Source: Atractiella rhizophila (lineage: Eukaryota). Taken from it: a stretch of 39,687 bases of DNA. A program made the position numbers and the translations under genes. The notes under the pieces were generated by a model. It saw only the letters and a program-made list of their open reading frames with translations, was not told the origin of the DNA and did not search any database. Positions 1-11,879 of the stretch are shown here, one piece after another. Each line of letters opens with the position of its first letter. The stretch's first letter is position 1. The stretch covers positions 1 through 39,687 of the forward strand of contig MU271609.1 in NCBI GenBank assembly GCA_021432655.1, given 5' to 3'.

Positions 1-200
1 CAGACAATGTTTCCACGATTCAGCTCAGGTTCACGACAGCTCACACGCCAGCTGCCTCGCCTTTCGCGCACCTATGGAGTGCACGCCAACTCTTTTACGG
101 ATGCACCTGCGCAAGGCCAGAGGCAACTGCAAGAGGGACAAGAATATGCATCTCACATGGGTGTCTTGAATTCTTTAGGTTCGTTCACTTTCTCATTTTT
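1..200 (+). repeat. Copy of 4637-4836 (5' exon of the acyl-CoA thioesterase gene), ending at an assembly gap
   Basis: cagacaatgtttccacg...ttctcattttt matches 4637-4836 with no difference seen by eye. It is followed directly by Ns at 201-225. Confidence 0.95.
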
Positions 201-225
201 NNNNNNNNNNNNNNNNNNNNNNNNN
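201..225. other. Assembly gap (25 N)
   Basis: Run of n characters. Confidence 1.
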
Positions 226-819
226 CCCGTTGACCCCTTTCTTTCGAGGTGGACACTGGAGACGAAGAAGTGATGCAGACCCACTCCTAATCCTTCTCGT
301 CACAGTCATCTTCCCCTTTAACTCTTTAGACGCTTCCTATTCTTTGCCTTAGAGATACATTGGACTGCATCAAAGCGTTCCTATATTCACCCTAAAGTCG
401 CAAATGCGTTTTGATGGAGGAGAGCGACAGCACGTGCCCTCATTTTAGCAACAAAGAACCGCGGAAGCAAACCCGGGCCGTCAATTAGCTTTGTCGACGC
501 TTTCATCTCGTTCGACAGAGTTGCTGCAACCAGCGTCCTTGAGGAGACCGAGGGTCGGTGGACGTAGAGGCGATAAAGATGTTTGTTGGATGATGTGTTG
601 TCACTTTCCCTGCCCACAAGTCACTGGTGAGTGGTCAGTGATGCCCCTGAGTGGAATTTGACATCAAAAACCCTATTTCCTGGGGGGAATGGTGCAGGAA
701 AGCTCCCAGTCGTTGTTGATGAACTGAAGTAGTTGGATCAAAGAAAAGACAGTGGAGACTGCCAACGAATCAACCGAGTTGCTCTTTCGTCCGAGTCCAC
801 GACATCAGAAAACACCGTC

Positions 820-2226
820 ATGAAGAAGCGCAACTTCTCTATCACCACAAGACCGCCGCATCATCGCGCCCGCTCCTCTCAGACCTTCCAGCGGGTTCTG
901 TCGTCCATCTTTCGTCCCCATCGTGCGCTTACATTCTCCTCCGTCTTCTCAAAACGTCCCTCCCAGCCCTCCTCACCAATCCAATGGCTTCCTCCAGAAA
1001 TCCTCACGCTTATATTCGAATTTCTGGTATCCGCCGAACCCGCCTCTTCCACCTCCAGCGCTAGGGCATACTCGTTGCCGAAACCTGGTAGGGTCTGCTT
1101 GTTGTGGTATGAGATCATCAGCCGGCTGTGGTTGAGGAACTTCAGCTGCGTTCACACTCGAGGCACACAATTTTTGGAAGACTATCTCTCGCGACATTCG
1201 GAGGTGGAATCGAGATACTTGACGGAGGAGAGTGGGAGGAATTCGTGGATTCGCGATCTGACCATTGTTGGATTTCAAACTTGGAGGGATATCGTGAGAC
1301 TGCTGAAATTACTCAAATCTTCTAATGGAGGGAAACTCTTTAAGTTGCGTATGGAGGTGCCGGCCATGTTGGATGACGATTATGGGTTGGACGTTGGGGA
1401 GGAAAGTGGGATGATTGCGTGGCCGACCTTGTTCATGAACCATCTCACCTGCCTCAAGATAGAAATTATTCGATGGCACCGGGATCATCGTCAACCGTCG
1501 ACTAACGAGCTCCTAGCCGACCACATTGTGCGTTGGATGTGCACCTGTTTACCATCTCTACAGATCCTACGTCTCGGCGGCGGCTGGGAGAGCGACAGTT
1601 TCCGTCTGCCACCGTCTGAAAACACCTACTTCCGTCAATTCCCTCCCCTGCTCTCCATCTCCTTTCATGGTTGGCTCGGTTCCTCAACCAACTTCCAATC
1701 CCTCTTCTCCTCTGCGTCCCAGCCAAACCTCTCCTCTCTCTCCCTTTCAGCAGGTCCAGACAACAGCGGAACCATTCGTTTCCTAGTCGACACATTCGCG
1801 CACTCTCTTACCCAACTACGAATAATTTACTGCCGCCCCGACTCCGTGAATTTCTTGGAGCTACTGCTCAGAGGTCTCACTCGACTCAAACGCTTCGACT
1901 ATGTCGGTTTCTCTAGCCTCTCCGCATGGGCATCGGACTCTCGTCCTCTTTCCTCCCCTTCCCGGATCTCAGATTCCCTCCAACTGATCTGTCTCTACCC
2001 CCTGGGTAGACGACCCGCGTTGATAGACACTCTTGCTTCTGTCAAGTTCAAGCAACTGTTTCCCAAGCTGGAGACGATAAGAGTGGCACGGCAGAGGAGC
2101 GACCCGATCGGAATGGAGTTGAAGGAGATCGCGAGGGAGATGGACCTCAAGAAGTCGTTGGAGAGTCATAAGATCGTGATGGAGATTGTCACTGATGTCG
2201 GTGACGAATTGGTTGCTGATTGGTGA
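820..2226 (+). CDS. F-box-like protein with Leu-rich (RNI/LRR-like) C-terminal region; apparently intronless
   Basis: Long ORF (733..2226, first ATG at 820). F-box-type motif SPIQWLPPEILTLIFEFL...GRVCLLWYEII is followed by LxxLxL segments (LPSLQILRLGG, NLSSLSLS, FPKLETIRV). Confidence 0.75.
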   Translation: MKKRNFSITTRPPHHRARSSQTFQRVLSSIFRPHRALTFSSVFSKRPSQPSSPIQWLPPEILTLIFEFLVSAEPASSTSSARAYSLPKPGRVCLLWYEIISRLWLRNFSCVHTRGTQFLEDYLSRHSEVESRYLTEESGRNSWIRDLTIVGFQTWRDIVRLLKLLKSSNGGKLFKLRMEVPAMLDDDYGLDVGEESGMIAWPTLFMNHLTCLKIEIIRWHRDHRQPSTNELLADHIVRWMCTCLPSLQILRLGGGWESDSFRLPPSENTYFRQFPPLLSISFHGWLGSSTNFQSLFSSASQPNLSSLSLSAGPDNSGTIRFLVDTFAHSLTQLRIIYCRPDSVNFLELLLRGLTRLKRFDYVGFSSLSAWASDSRPLSSPSRISDSLQLICLYPLGRRPALIDTLASVKFKQLFPKLETIRVARQRSDPIGMELKEIAREMDLKKSLESHKIVMEIVTDVGDELVADW

Positions 2227-2706
2227 ATTTCAGTTTCGGTGCTCAGGTCCGTCTCCTTGTTTCTCTGTGCAGGAAACGGAGCTGATTGAGCTGTATGCAG
2301 TTTCGTTGTTGTTTGTTGATTACCTCTAGTTGAGATTCCTTCCCATCCGTTTCATTTACAGCAACCATCGCAGAGAGCTCAGTTTGATTTGCCTTCACGG
2401 ATTTGCAATAGTCTTCTACACTAATAATGCTCTCCTCCTAGATAAAGAAATACATCCTGATCTCCTTTTCACTTTTGCTACTAATAACCTGGATAGTAAT
2501 GAATTTCCATAACTAGCAAAGTGCCTCGAATCTGTAAGGAACAAGGCATAAATTGACTCCTTCCTTTTACTACGTTTGCAAATTTGTCTGCCATTATTTA
2601 CCCTCCTATGCGCCCAGCCAATCAATCACTCGAAGTTCGAAAGCGAAACAGAAAGTGAATCGGTCCAGTGAGTCATGTCGAGACCAAACATCAACGACGA
2701 CTCAAG

Positions 2707-4242
2707 ATGGATCCAACACTTCCACTGGTGCTTGACCTCGGGACAGGGTTCATTAAAGCGGGGTATGCGGGCCAGAGTGCGTATCTTTGCCGTGTCCTTG
2801 ATATCAGGATGGTGGTAATGGGTATGGGTAGACTTCCCAACGCACACCTTCCCCTCCATCGTTGGACGACCCATCCTTCGTGCAGAGGAGCGCTCTTCTC
2901 TCTCCGCTTCCACCAATATGCCAATCCAGGACATAATGTTCGGAGACCTTGCCTCTACCTACCGTTCTTATCTCCAAATTACCCAGCCTCTCGAACATGG
3001 CATCGTCCGGAACTGGTCGGACATGCGTCTCCTCTTCGACTACACCTTTCAAGAGAAGTTCAAACTCGGACAGGGTGGTTGCAAGGATAAGAAGATCCTT
3101 CTTACCGAGCCCCCGTTCAACCCGAAAAGGAATAGGGAACAGATGTTTGAGGAGATGATCGAGCATTTCGGTTTTGAGGGAGTCTATGTTGCGATTCAGG
3201 CCGTCTTGACTCTTTATGCACAAGGACTTCAGACGGGTTTGGTTATGGATTCGGGAGATGGGGTAACTCACGTTGTCCCGGTGTACGATGGCTTCTCCCT
3301 GCCCCATTTGACGAAGCGTCTCGACGTCGCTGGTCGGGATGTCACTCGGTACTTGATCAAACTTCTGTTATTACGAGGATACGCTTTCAATCGGTCTGCT
3401 TTCTACTCTTCTATATGTGCTGGATAGTAAGGGCTGAAGCAATATTGCTGCTGTGTAGGACGGCGGATTTTGAGACGGTGAGGGGAATCAAAGAGAAGCT
3501 TTGTTACGTCTCGTACGATCTTGCGTTAGACAAGAAGCTAGCCGAAGAAACAACTTGTCTCGTTGAGAATTACACTGTGCGTCCTTTTTCTTCGGCCAGG
3601 TTTGCGGGATATCGAGAGACATTGGGGACAGCTCCCTGATGGAAGGGTGATCAAAGTCGGCTCGGAGCGGTATGAGGCACCGGAATGCATGTTTCAACCT
3701 CATCTGGTGGATGTGGAACAAGTGGGATGCGCTGGTCAGTTTTCCAGCTTCTGCAACTCGGCTTGGACCTGTTAACATATTGCTAATTGCAGAGTTGATA
3801 TTCAATACCATCCAAGCCTCACCCGTCGACATACGTTCCGATCTCTACAAACACATCGTCCTTTCAGGTGGATCTTCCATGTATCCTGGACTTCCTTCGA
3901 GACTCGAGAAGGAGATCAAGCAACTTCTATCTCACAAGAGTGCTGAACGGGGATCCGACACGACTAAAGGTTTGTATTCTTTGCGTCCTCGCAGATAACG
4001 GTGGCTGATCCAGTAGTAAACAGCAATTCAAGATTAAGATAGAGGATCCGCCTACTAGGAAACATATGGTCTTCCTGGGTGGCGCGGTGTTGGCTAGCAT
4101 CATGAAGGACAAACAGAACTTCTGGTCCGTACCCTATCGACTAGTCTTCTTGGGTATCACACTCACGTTGCATGTTTTGAATAGGATCACGAGGGAAGAA
4201 TGGGCGGAGATGGGTGTCCGTGCGCTAGACAGGCTGAGGTAG
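2707..4242 (+). CDS. ARP2: Actin-related protein 2 (Arp2/3 complex); spliced, with one apparent +1 frameshift near 3925-3927
   Basis: Motifs [122 protein letters not shown]. Introns at about 2777-2831, 3394-3458, 3577-3631, 3736-3791, 3970-4023, 4125-4184. Confidence 0.95.
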
Positions 4243-4642
4243 GCACTGCTGGCCAGCGAGGTTGGACCTGTGAGGAAGGAAGCGAAGTAAAGGAGAGAAA
4301 CAAAATACTGGAGAAGGATGGCGTACACTGTGCTACGAAACACATGTGTGGAATAGAGGCATTGTATTATGAAAAAATTGTGGATTGTACTTTGTCCTGA
4401 CTTTGTCACGTTCCCTCTGTAGTTAGAGGAGTTGCTCATGTGACCATGACGTAGTATCCATATGGACATGAAAATAATAGTATCGTCCACCACTCCCTGA
4501 AGTACTAAATTTCTGAAATTTGAATATTTGCCAGGCAAGAGGGACTAACGATAAGGATATCTTTCCGCGAAGTTGCTGATGTTGTGAGTGCTCGTAATTA
4601 TCTGTGTATACGCTGAGCAACATTTCCTGCAGACTACAGACA

Positions 4643-6849
4643 ATGTTTCCACGATTCAGCTCAGGTTCACGACAGCTCACACGCCAGCTGCCTCGCCTTT
4701 CGCGCACCTATGGAGTGCACGCCAACTCTTTTACGGATGCACCTGCGCAAGGCCAGAGGCAACTGCAAGAGGGACAAGAATATGCATCTCACATGGGTGT
4801 CTTGAATTCTTTAGGTTCGTTCACTTTCTCATTTTTGTTGGCAATGATATGGATTCTAACGGTTTGTTCATGGATGATTGCAGAGGGTTACGCTCGTTAT
4901 TTTAGGTCATTCGTTCGTAGGCTGAACCAAAGACAGATAAGATGGCGAGCGATGCCGGGAAAGACACCCTGAGGAATCATGGAATTTCAAGGCTTCGAGG
5001 TGCTGGTGAGCTACCTCATATATCGCCTTGAGACATGATTTCGTTGTGGGGACTGTCAAAGTCTGTTGACCATTGCCAAGGCTTTACAAGCTTGGACTGA
5101 GGCTCACCAATCTGGGTGATAATAACTCAATCGCATAATGCTTGCTTAGCATCATTTCAGCTCAAAACTTCAGATATTGACATATATAAGCATAGGTTAC
5201 TGGGCAGAGACTCGCCGTCGAAGTCTCAGCTCCCACTCGGGGGACCTCTCAGAAGCAACACCAACCCTCCCACCTTTTCCAGAAAGCAAGCCGATCTCGT
5301 CCTCCTACACCACCTTTACACTTCCCTTCTCGAAAGATCCCGCTTTGCATGAAGTCTATGTTGGAGGAATGACGAGCGTTCGGATGGGAAGGTTGATGGA
5401 GGACTTTGACACACTCGCCGGTTCGATTGCTTATAATCACTGTTTGCCGGATGGATATGGAGCGCAGGATGCGAGGAAGTTTGGAATTTACGTCGTTACT
5501 GCAGCAGTCGATCGGTGAAGCTACTCCTTCTGTGACGACTTTGAATGAGAAGAGCTGACAAGAGGGGTAAAAGACTGGATATGCTTCATCCTATTTCTGT
5601 CGAGGAGCCAGAAGATCTTCAACTTTCGGGATATGTGGCCAATGTTGGGAAATCGAGCATGTCGATCTTTGTTCGCCTTGCGTCTCTTTCTTCAGGCACG
5701 CCGAAAACCCTCCTTCACGGACGATTCACGATGGCTTGCCGCAACCTAAAGACGGGAAAATCCCACCCAGTCCCCCAATTACGTCTGGAAACGGAAGATG
5801 AAAGGCGTGTGGCGGAGTTCGCGAAGAGATTGAAGGAAGCAAAGAGCGGAGGGGGAGGGACGGTTAGGGACGTAGGCCCGAATGAGAGAGAGTCTAAGGC
5901 GCTTCATGATTTGTTCCTTGGGAAAGAGACGAAAAATTGGTTCGATAATCGTGCTACGAGTCCGAAGGAAGTTGTGTGGACGCGGGATACCAAAAAGGTC
6001 AGTTGCCTCATGATGCACCCTCAGGTAAGTTCTTTTTTCAGGATTCAAGGGAGAGTTGTTGACTATGAGAAGGAAAGGAACGTTCACGTATGTTCAATCT
6101 TACAATGCGGAATACTTCTCATCCTTTCCATTGAGTAGGGCAAGATCTTTGGTGGTTGGTCATTTTATGGTCTTATTACCAACCTCTCATCACGCGTCAA
6201 CAGGTTACCTTATGAGGTCGGCTAGCTATCGCGACTTGGAACCATCTAATCTTATATTAGACTGGCTTACGAGACAGCCTGGACAACTGCTTCACTCTTT
6301 GCGCGATCCGCCGTGAACTTCCTTTCCCTAGAGTACGTTCTTTGCCTCCTCTCACCCATCAAGTCTAATTCCTGCCGAAAGTGAACTGTCATTTCACAAA
6401 CCGGTGGAAATAGGTTCTCTTCTGCAGCTCGCCTCGACAGTGGTTTTTTCGCCCACTGTGGGACAGCATAAGAGCTTTCAGGTAAATGTTGAAGGTGTGT
6501 TTCAGTAGTTAACCATGGTGGCTGTAAGTGAATGGAGAAACCTGGATAGCGACGACTATCAAGCTTCCGATGGGCGAGGAGATTGTCACAAATACGTTTT
6601 CATTTACCTTTGAGAGCAGAGACTACCTCGACCGATACGTTTTGCCGAGAAGCTACCGTTCGCTACCTGCCACCTTTCTCTCTTAGTTGACAACTGATAG
6701 TATTTTAGGTGAATCGATAGATTGGCTTGATGCTATTAGGTACGTCCATTTAGTCAGAAGGAACAGTGCAGAAACTGAGCCACAGGGTTACATGCAGGAG
6801 GCGGCGGACCGGGATCAAAATTCGGAACTTGTACGAAAATCTGCCTTAG
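4643..6849 (+). CDS. Double hotdog-fold acyl-CoA thioesterase (ACOT9-like), probable mitochondrial presequence; multi-exon
   Basis: Arg/Ser-rich N-terminus MFPRFSSGSRQLTRQLPRLSR. First domain VRMGRLMEDFDTLAGSIAY..VVTAAVDR..LSGYVANVGKSSM. Second domain MHPQ-ERNVH-GKIFGG-YLMRLAYETAW..FHKPVEIGSLL is assembled from small exons. The 5' exon structure is uncertain. Confidence 0.85.
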
Positions 6850-7157
6850 AGTTGTATTATTACCTTTCACTCAGAGACCAGTATTGTTAGAGTATTTTAT
6901 CCCTCACTTATGATGGCTCAGTGATCGAAATGTAGCCAATTGCGATAGGTTCCATCGACAACCCCGTAAGGATTGAGGATTCATTGCACGGCAGGAGCGA
7001 AGCAGGTCCCGAGGGCTGATGCACGCTTAAGTGATAGGACGGTTTGATTCCAATCGTGACTATGCTACATCCCCTCCGACAATAGCAGCATAGGTTATCG
7101 AAGTAGTCCCTGATACATTAGCATCTAGCATCTGACTAATTCCCTTGTCCTTGATAG

Positions 7158-7629
7158 ATGCCAGTTTATGGCGGCCTTATTGTTAACCACGCGACTATCT
7201 TAGAGTGGGCAGAAGTCCGCCTTCCTGAAGAAGACCCCGAAGAAGTGCCAGAAGGAAGTATGAGGCACCCTCTTTGGTACCTGAACCTAGCGAGGAATGA
7301 TGTCTCATCTTACCATGTTCGCATCCTACCCTTGCCATGTGCTCCCGACACACCTGAAGACCAGTACCTTTACGTGATTGCCTGTGGCCAATCCGCTTAT
7401 CAGGGCTTCACAAACAAATCTTTCGCAGCATTGGGATATGATCAAAGCAAAGTTCCTATCCCAGTACCACCCAGTCCGTGGGTTTCTTTTGCTGAGGATG
7501 TGTTGAAGAAACGGGGTGTGTCTCACTCCCTCAGAATGAGCTTGGACTAAGGCTGTACATGTGGCTAAAGGTTTGCAGCATGAGGGATACAAAAGTGTCT
7601 TTGTTCTCAACTATACTGCTAAAAACTGA
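7158..7629 (+). CDS. Small uncharacterised protein, probably 2 coding exons (intron ~7517-7570)
   Basis: 130-aa ORF with protein-like composition. It is preceded by a branch-point/acceptor-like sequence (ctgactaat...gatag|ATG). A plausible short intron leads to TGA at 7627-7629. No family recognised. Confidence 0.55.
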
Positions 7630-8324
7630 ACTATCTACATGTGTACATTGAGTTTGAGAGTTTCCTTGATGTCGCAGTGAAATCTCATTCCTTACCTCCC
7701 AAATTGTTTCCTTCAATCTGTTTCCTATCCCTCTCAGTGAAGGGTGAACACTGATTGGAGGCATGCATGGGGGAGAGGTGGAGAGCATTTGAGAAAGTGC
7801 GGCGACATTTGGTGGAGGAGGTTCAAATGATCTCATGTGAGCTTTCAGAAGAAAAAGCTGAGGCAGGAGTACTTGTTTCCGTCAAGCAGTCATCCGGCAT
7901 CATTTTACTTAGAAGTGTTCTTAAATACTATCCCTATGTTTCGAAGCTGCCTGGAATCGCGCTGACAAGAGGAAAGAAGACCATGGGTATCATTGATTCC
8001 TCGCAAGACTGACAATGTTACCCATCACTGATGAACTTTTGGAGCTCAGGAGCATTAAACGACTGGAGGTGCCATCGACAAATCCCCCTGAGGACTCAAA
8101 TTATGACACTAGCAAAATCGCAGACTGGGCAGGAGCACAATAGTGGAAAGGACGGTTTTGATTCCAATCAAACCAAAAAATGTTGTAAAACAGCAGAGAA
8201 ATCAATCGAAGAATCTGAGACAAAACAACAATCTGAATGAGACGTGTGGGAGTTTAAACAAGTACCGAAGACAGAGCTCGTTACCGTTATCAATGCAACA
8301 CTTTGTTGAAGACAATCAAAGTTA

Positions 8325-11300
8325 TTATGCAACAGGTGTGATCGTCACTCGCTCCCCTGAATTCGCAACGTCTAGGGGCACAGGCGTTAGAGGAATATCA
8401 GGTTTCGGTGCTGGCGGTGCCAGGACGCTGGGTGGCGCTGGGAGAGGGATCGGAATTGGTGCTGGAGGAAGTCGGGGACTGCCGCGACACCATTTGCTAC
8501 GCCTGCAACCGCCTTCTTCGCTGCCGTTTCGGGTGACGTCGCGGGGGTGAGAGGCGCGGAGAGCTTCTGCCCATCGCTCGATAGTTCTGGGACATGTATG
8601 CCACCTGGCACGTCGACGGGTATGTCCTGGAATGGCAGATGGGATGATGACCTTTGCACCATCTCAAAATTGTTTTGTGGTGGAATCGCAGCAGGGAAGA
8701 CGGGGAGATCGGGATACTTGATCGTTGGGGTTGGAGTTGGTTCGTGGAGTATGGGAGGGATGAGGAGCGGCTGAGGTTGAGGATGCTGGATCATGTTTGT
8801 TTGGATCGGAGGATGGACGGGAGGGATTGAGGCTGGTACATGAGTAGTTGACGGAAGGGGTGTTCCGTTTTGTGAGTGACTGTGGCTCAGGTTGGAGTGC
8901 TGGACCGAATATCCCATATCGTCGCCTAGTGTCGCAGGACGAGGATACACTTCTCCTGCTCCTGCGGCAAAATATCCAGCAGCACCCATCTTGCTCGACT
9001 CCCCGTTGTAGTACGCCGGACCGGTGCCATTGAGAGTGGGAGGATAATGAGTTTGAGTCTGCATATACGTTTGCGAGTGAATGGGTGCCGATGCGGGAGA
9101 CGGGTTGAAATAATCCCGTTCCTCACGGTAGAATGCGTTCGTGCCGGTGCTTGCGTACGGAACAGTGATGGAATCCCACGAACTATTGTTCGGTGGGGGA
9201 TGGTGAGGATACTGCGTCCTTCCCAGCGTTGCGTCCATTATCCCGCCTGATTTTTGCACAGTAGGCGGTCGAGGGTTTGGGTTCGTGGATGGGAACGAAT
9301 ACTACATTCAACGCGCAATCAGCATCGACCACCTGGTTTGGGAGAAGAGAAAGACTGACAAGCCCCATCTTTACCAAATCATGCGTGATCTCTGCCTCCG
9401 ACAAACCCTTGACACCCATCTGCCTCCCACCATCCCACCTATCCTGATCTTCTTCTATCCTCGTTCTGAGATTGTACGCGACTGCAACTTCATCCAACAA
9501 GCCATGCTCATTGATTGCCTCTCGATAGATGTACTGCCTTGGCGGGTCGTTAGGATTCGGGAAAAGCCGTGGGAGGTATTCTGGAAGTGTTGTCAACCTC
9601 AAAAACAGTGCTGGGGATGTAGAAAGCATACCAGGCCCTTGCTCCGCCTCCTCCTTCTGACGAATCAAGTCAGCTTTCTCCTTCTCCAATCTCCTCTTCT
9701 TCATCGAATAATCGATGGCCATGTCGTTCTTAAGGTCTATGACTTGCTCCTACTCACGCACGAAATTAACCTATGAAATAAACGGAACATGAAAAGAGTA
9801 GACGGACATTCCAGGTCTTCCAAATCAAATCTTCGGCTCCTCTCCTCTTCAGTTCCAGGTGCTTGATATCCCTCTGATAGATCTGATTCGCAAGTCGGAC
9901 TTTATCGTTCTTTTTATTCTCCATAAGCTGCATCAGGTACACAAGCTCGGGATGCGTCCCTGGAACACCACAACCGTCAAACAGGCAAGAGAGGGAAGGA
10001 CAGGGACCCAACCGCGCTCTATCATTCCCAGCTCGTGTTGCACCTCCTCCGTCCGCTCCACGAAAAGCTTATCACGAAGCCTCTGGAGCTTGATTTCGAG
10101 TTTTGACATCTCCACCATACAAGTTTCGAGGTGCTGTTTTCTTCGCGCACCTGTCCCAAAACCCACATTTACCTCCATCCCATTTCATGGCAAGAGCAAT
10201 AGAAAGACGCACTCTCGACTTCCTGTTCTGCTCCATCTCCTTCTACAGTTTCCTCGACCTCATCCACCTCCTCAGTAGGCAACGCGAACTGCACCTCCTT
10301 CTCTCTCTCCCTTTCCCTCTCCCTCGCATTCCCATACCTCCTCCTCCCTCTCCCTCTCCACCTCTCCCCCTCCCCCCCCCCTCTTCCTAACGCGCGGCTT
10401 CTCCTCTCCCTCTCCCTCTCCCTCATTTTCATTTTCATTCTCATTCTCCGGATCCTGTTCATCCTGCTCTTGTTCGCACTCACCCTCAACTTCACCAGCG
10501 TCACCATCCTCATCGTTCGACACGCTCCCCCTCTCCGCTTCCTCATCCGCATCGCTCCGCTTCCGCTTCTTCCCCGCATTCAACTTCACCTCTCCCTCTC
10601 TCCCACCTTCCACGACAACAGTCGACGCGATCGTGTCTTCCATAGATACGTCTTCCTGTTCTTCTTCTTTCAGAAGCACAAGCTCAACATCTCCATTGAC
10701 GACGTTGACCGCATTGGCGTTAGGAGGTGACTTCGACTTTGACTTTCCCACACCAGCCCTCTCCCGCTCCGACCCAACCGCACCATTCGATGTCGTCCCA
10801 TGCTTCAACCCGTCCAAAGCGTCCCCATCTCCCTCTCCCGCTTCTTGCTCACGGACCCCATTCGGTTTTTCTCCTTCCAGCTCTCCGTCGACATCGATTG
10901 CGGATAGGGGCGACGAGGCATTCGCCGCGTGTCGTTTGTCGTCATCGACCGCGTCGTCTTGGTCGTCTTCTGGGATGTCGTGGTCTAGTTCGACTTGGTG
11001 TAACGATGCGGAGCGGAGTGTGCTTGTTGTCGAACCTGGTGAGGAAGGAGTCAGTTCCGGTCACAGCTCAGGAAGAATGTCAGGATGAACTACGTCAAAG
11101 ATGACAAAGAGTGGTGAACTTTAATTGGCGTGGACAGTGAGCGAATCAAAGGCATATGGTGTTTCTTAATGATGAAGGAAGGAAAACCTTGATGCTTATA
11201 CTGCGGTGTCTAAAAAACACGTCCAGAAAGCACTCAAACGCCAGGAAGAAGGTGAACATCCTCTTTCGAGGGAACTGCACAACGACAACCCTTCTTTCAA

Positions 11301-11879
11301 TCACTAGTAATAAAGACACTCACCCTCTTTTCGCTCTCTCGCTCTCCTCTCCTTCTCTTCAGCCTCTTCCCTCCGTTTCCTCGTCCTAGTGCTCGTCCCA
11401 CCTCTGCTCCCAGGACCACCCGCGCCACCTCTCTTACCTCTCCCTCTCCGTCTCGCCGCCTCCTTCCCACCCAAAGCACCCAAACTTCCACCCGCAGAAC
11501 TCGCCAAAGCACCATCAGCCGTCGCCAGCGCAGGCCCACCCGCAGGTTCCCGAATCTTCCTAGGCCTCCCAGGTCTCCGTTTAGCCTTCGGCTCCTCCGG
11601 GGCGGGAGAGCTCGAGGCGGAGGAGAGGCCGGACGACTGGGCGTCGGAGTCGAGATCAGGCTCCGCGTCTCCAGAGCGCGAACGCGAGGGCGGCGAGTGA
11701 TCGGAGAGCAGTTCGACCCTGGGCCGGGCCTTGGCGCTCTCTCCGTTGGCGAGCGTCTGCGTCGAGGTCGGCTTCGACGGCGAGGCGGCGAGGGGAACGG
11801 TGCTCGTGGAGCTCTGCCCGCTGTGGGTGCGCGAGGAGGAGGACGACGGAGGCCCTTCGTCCGGTGCGGAGGCGTCCAT
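8325..11879 (-). CDS. Sds3-like/Dep1-like Rpd3L histone deacetylase complex subunit with N-terminal AT-hook-like motif; spliced, apparent homopolymer frameshifts
   Basis: Coiled-coil segment ARRKQHLETCMVEMSKLEIKLQRLRDKLFVERTEEVQHELGMIER-GTHPELVYLMQLME resembles the Sds3 domain. KRRPGRPRK lies in exon 1, and there are acidic and Pro-rich low-complexity tracts. Stop is at 8387 as given, or at 8325 if the C-terminal frameshift is corrected. Confidence 0.75.

Noticed and set aside
6950..7080. Possible ribozyme or structured RNA (ctgatgc... segment) upstream of the 7158 ORF
   Set aside because: No complete hammerhead core (CUGAUGA...GAAA) or convincing stems.
11055..11065. In-frame TGA upstream of the Sds3-like exon 2 as readthrough
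   Set aside because: It falls inside the inferred intron 11036-11323.
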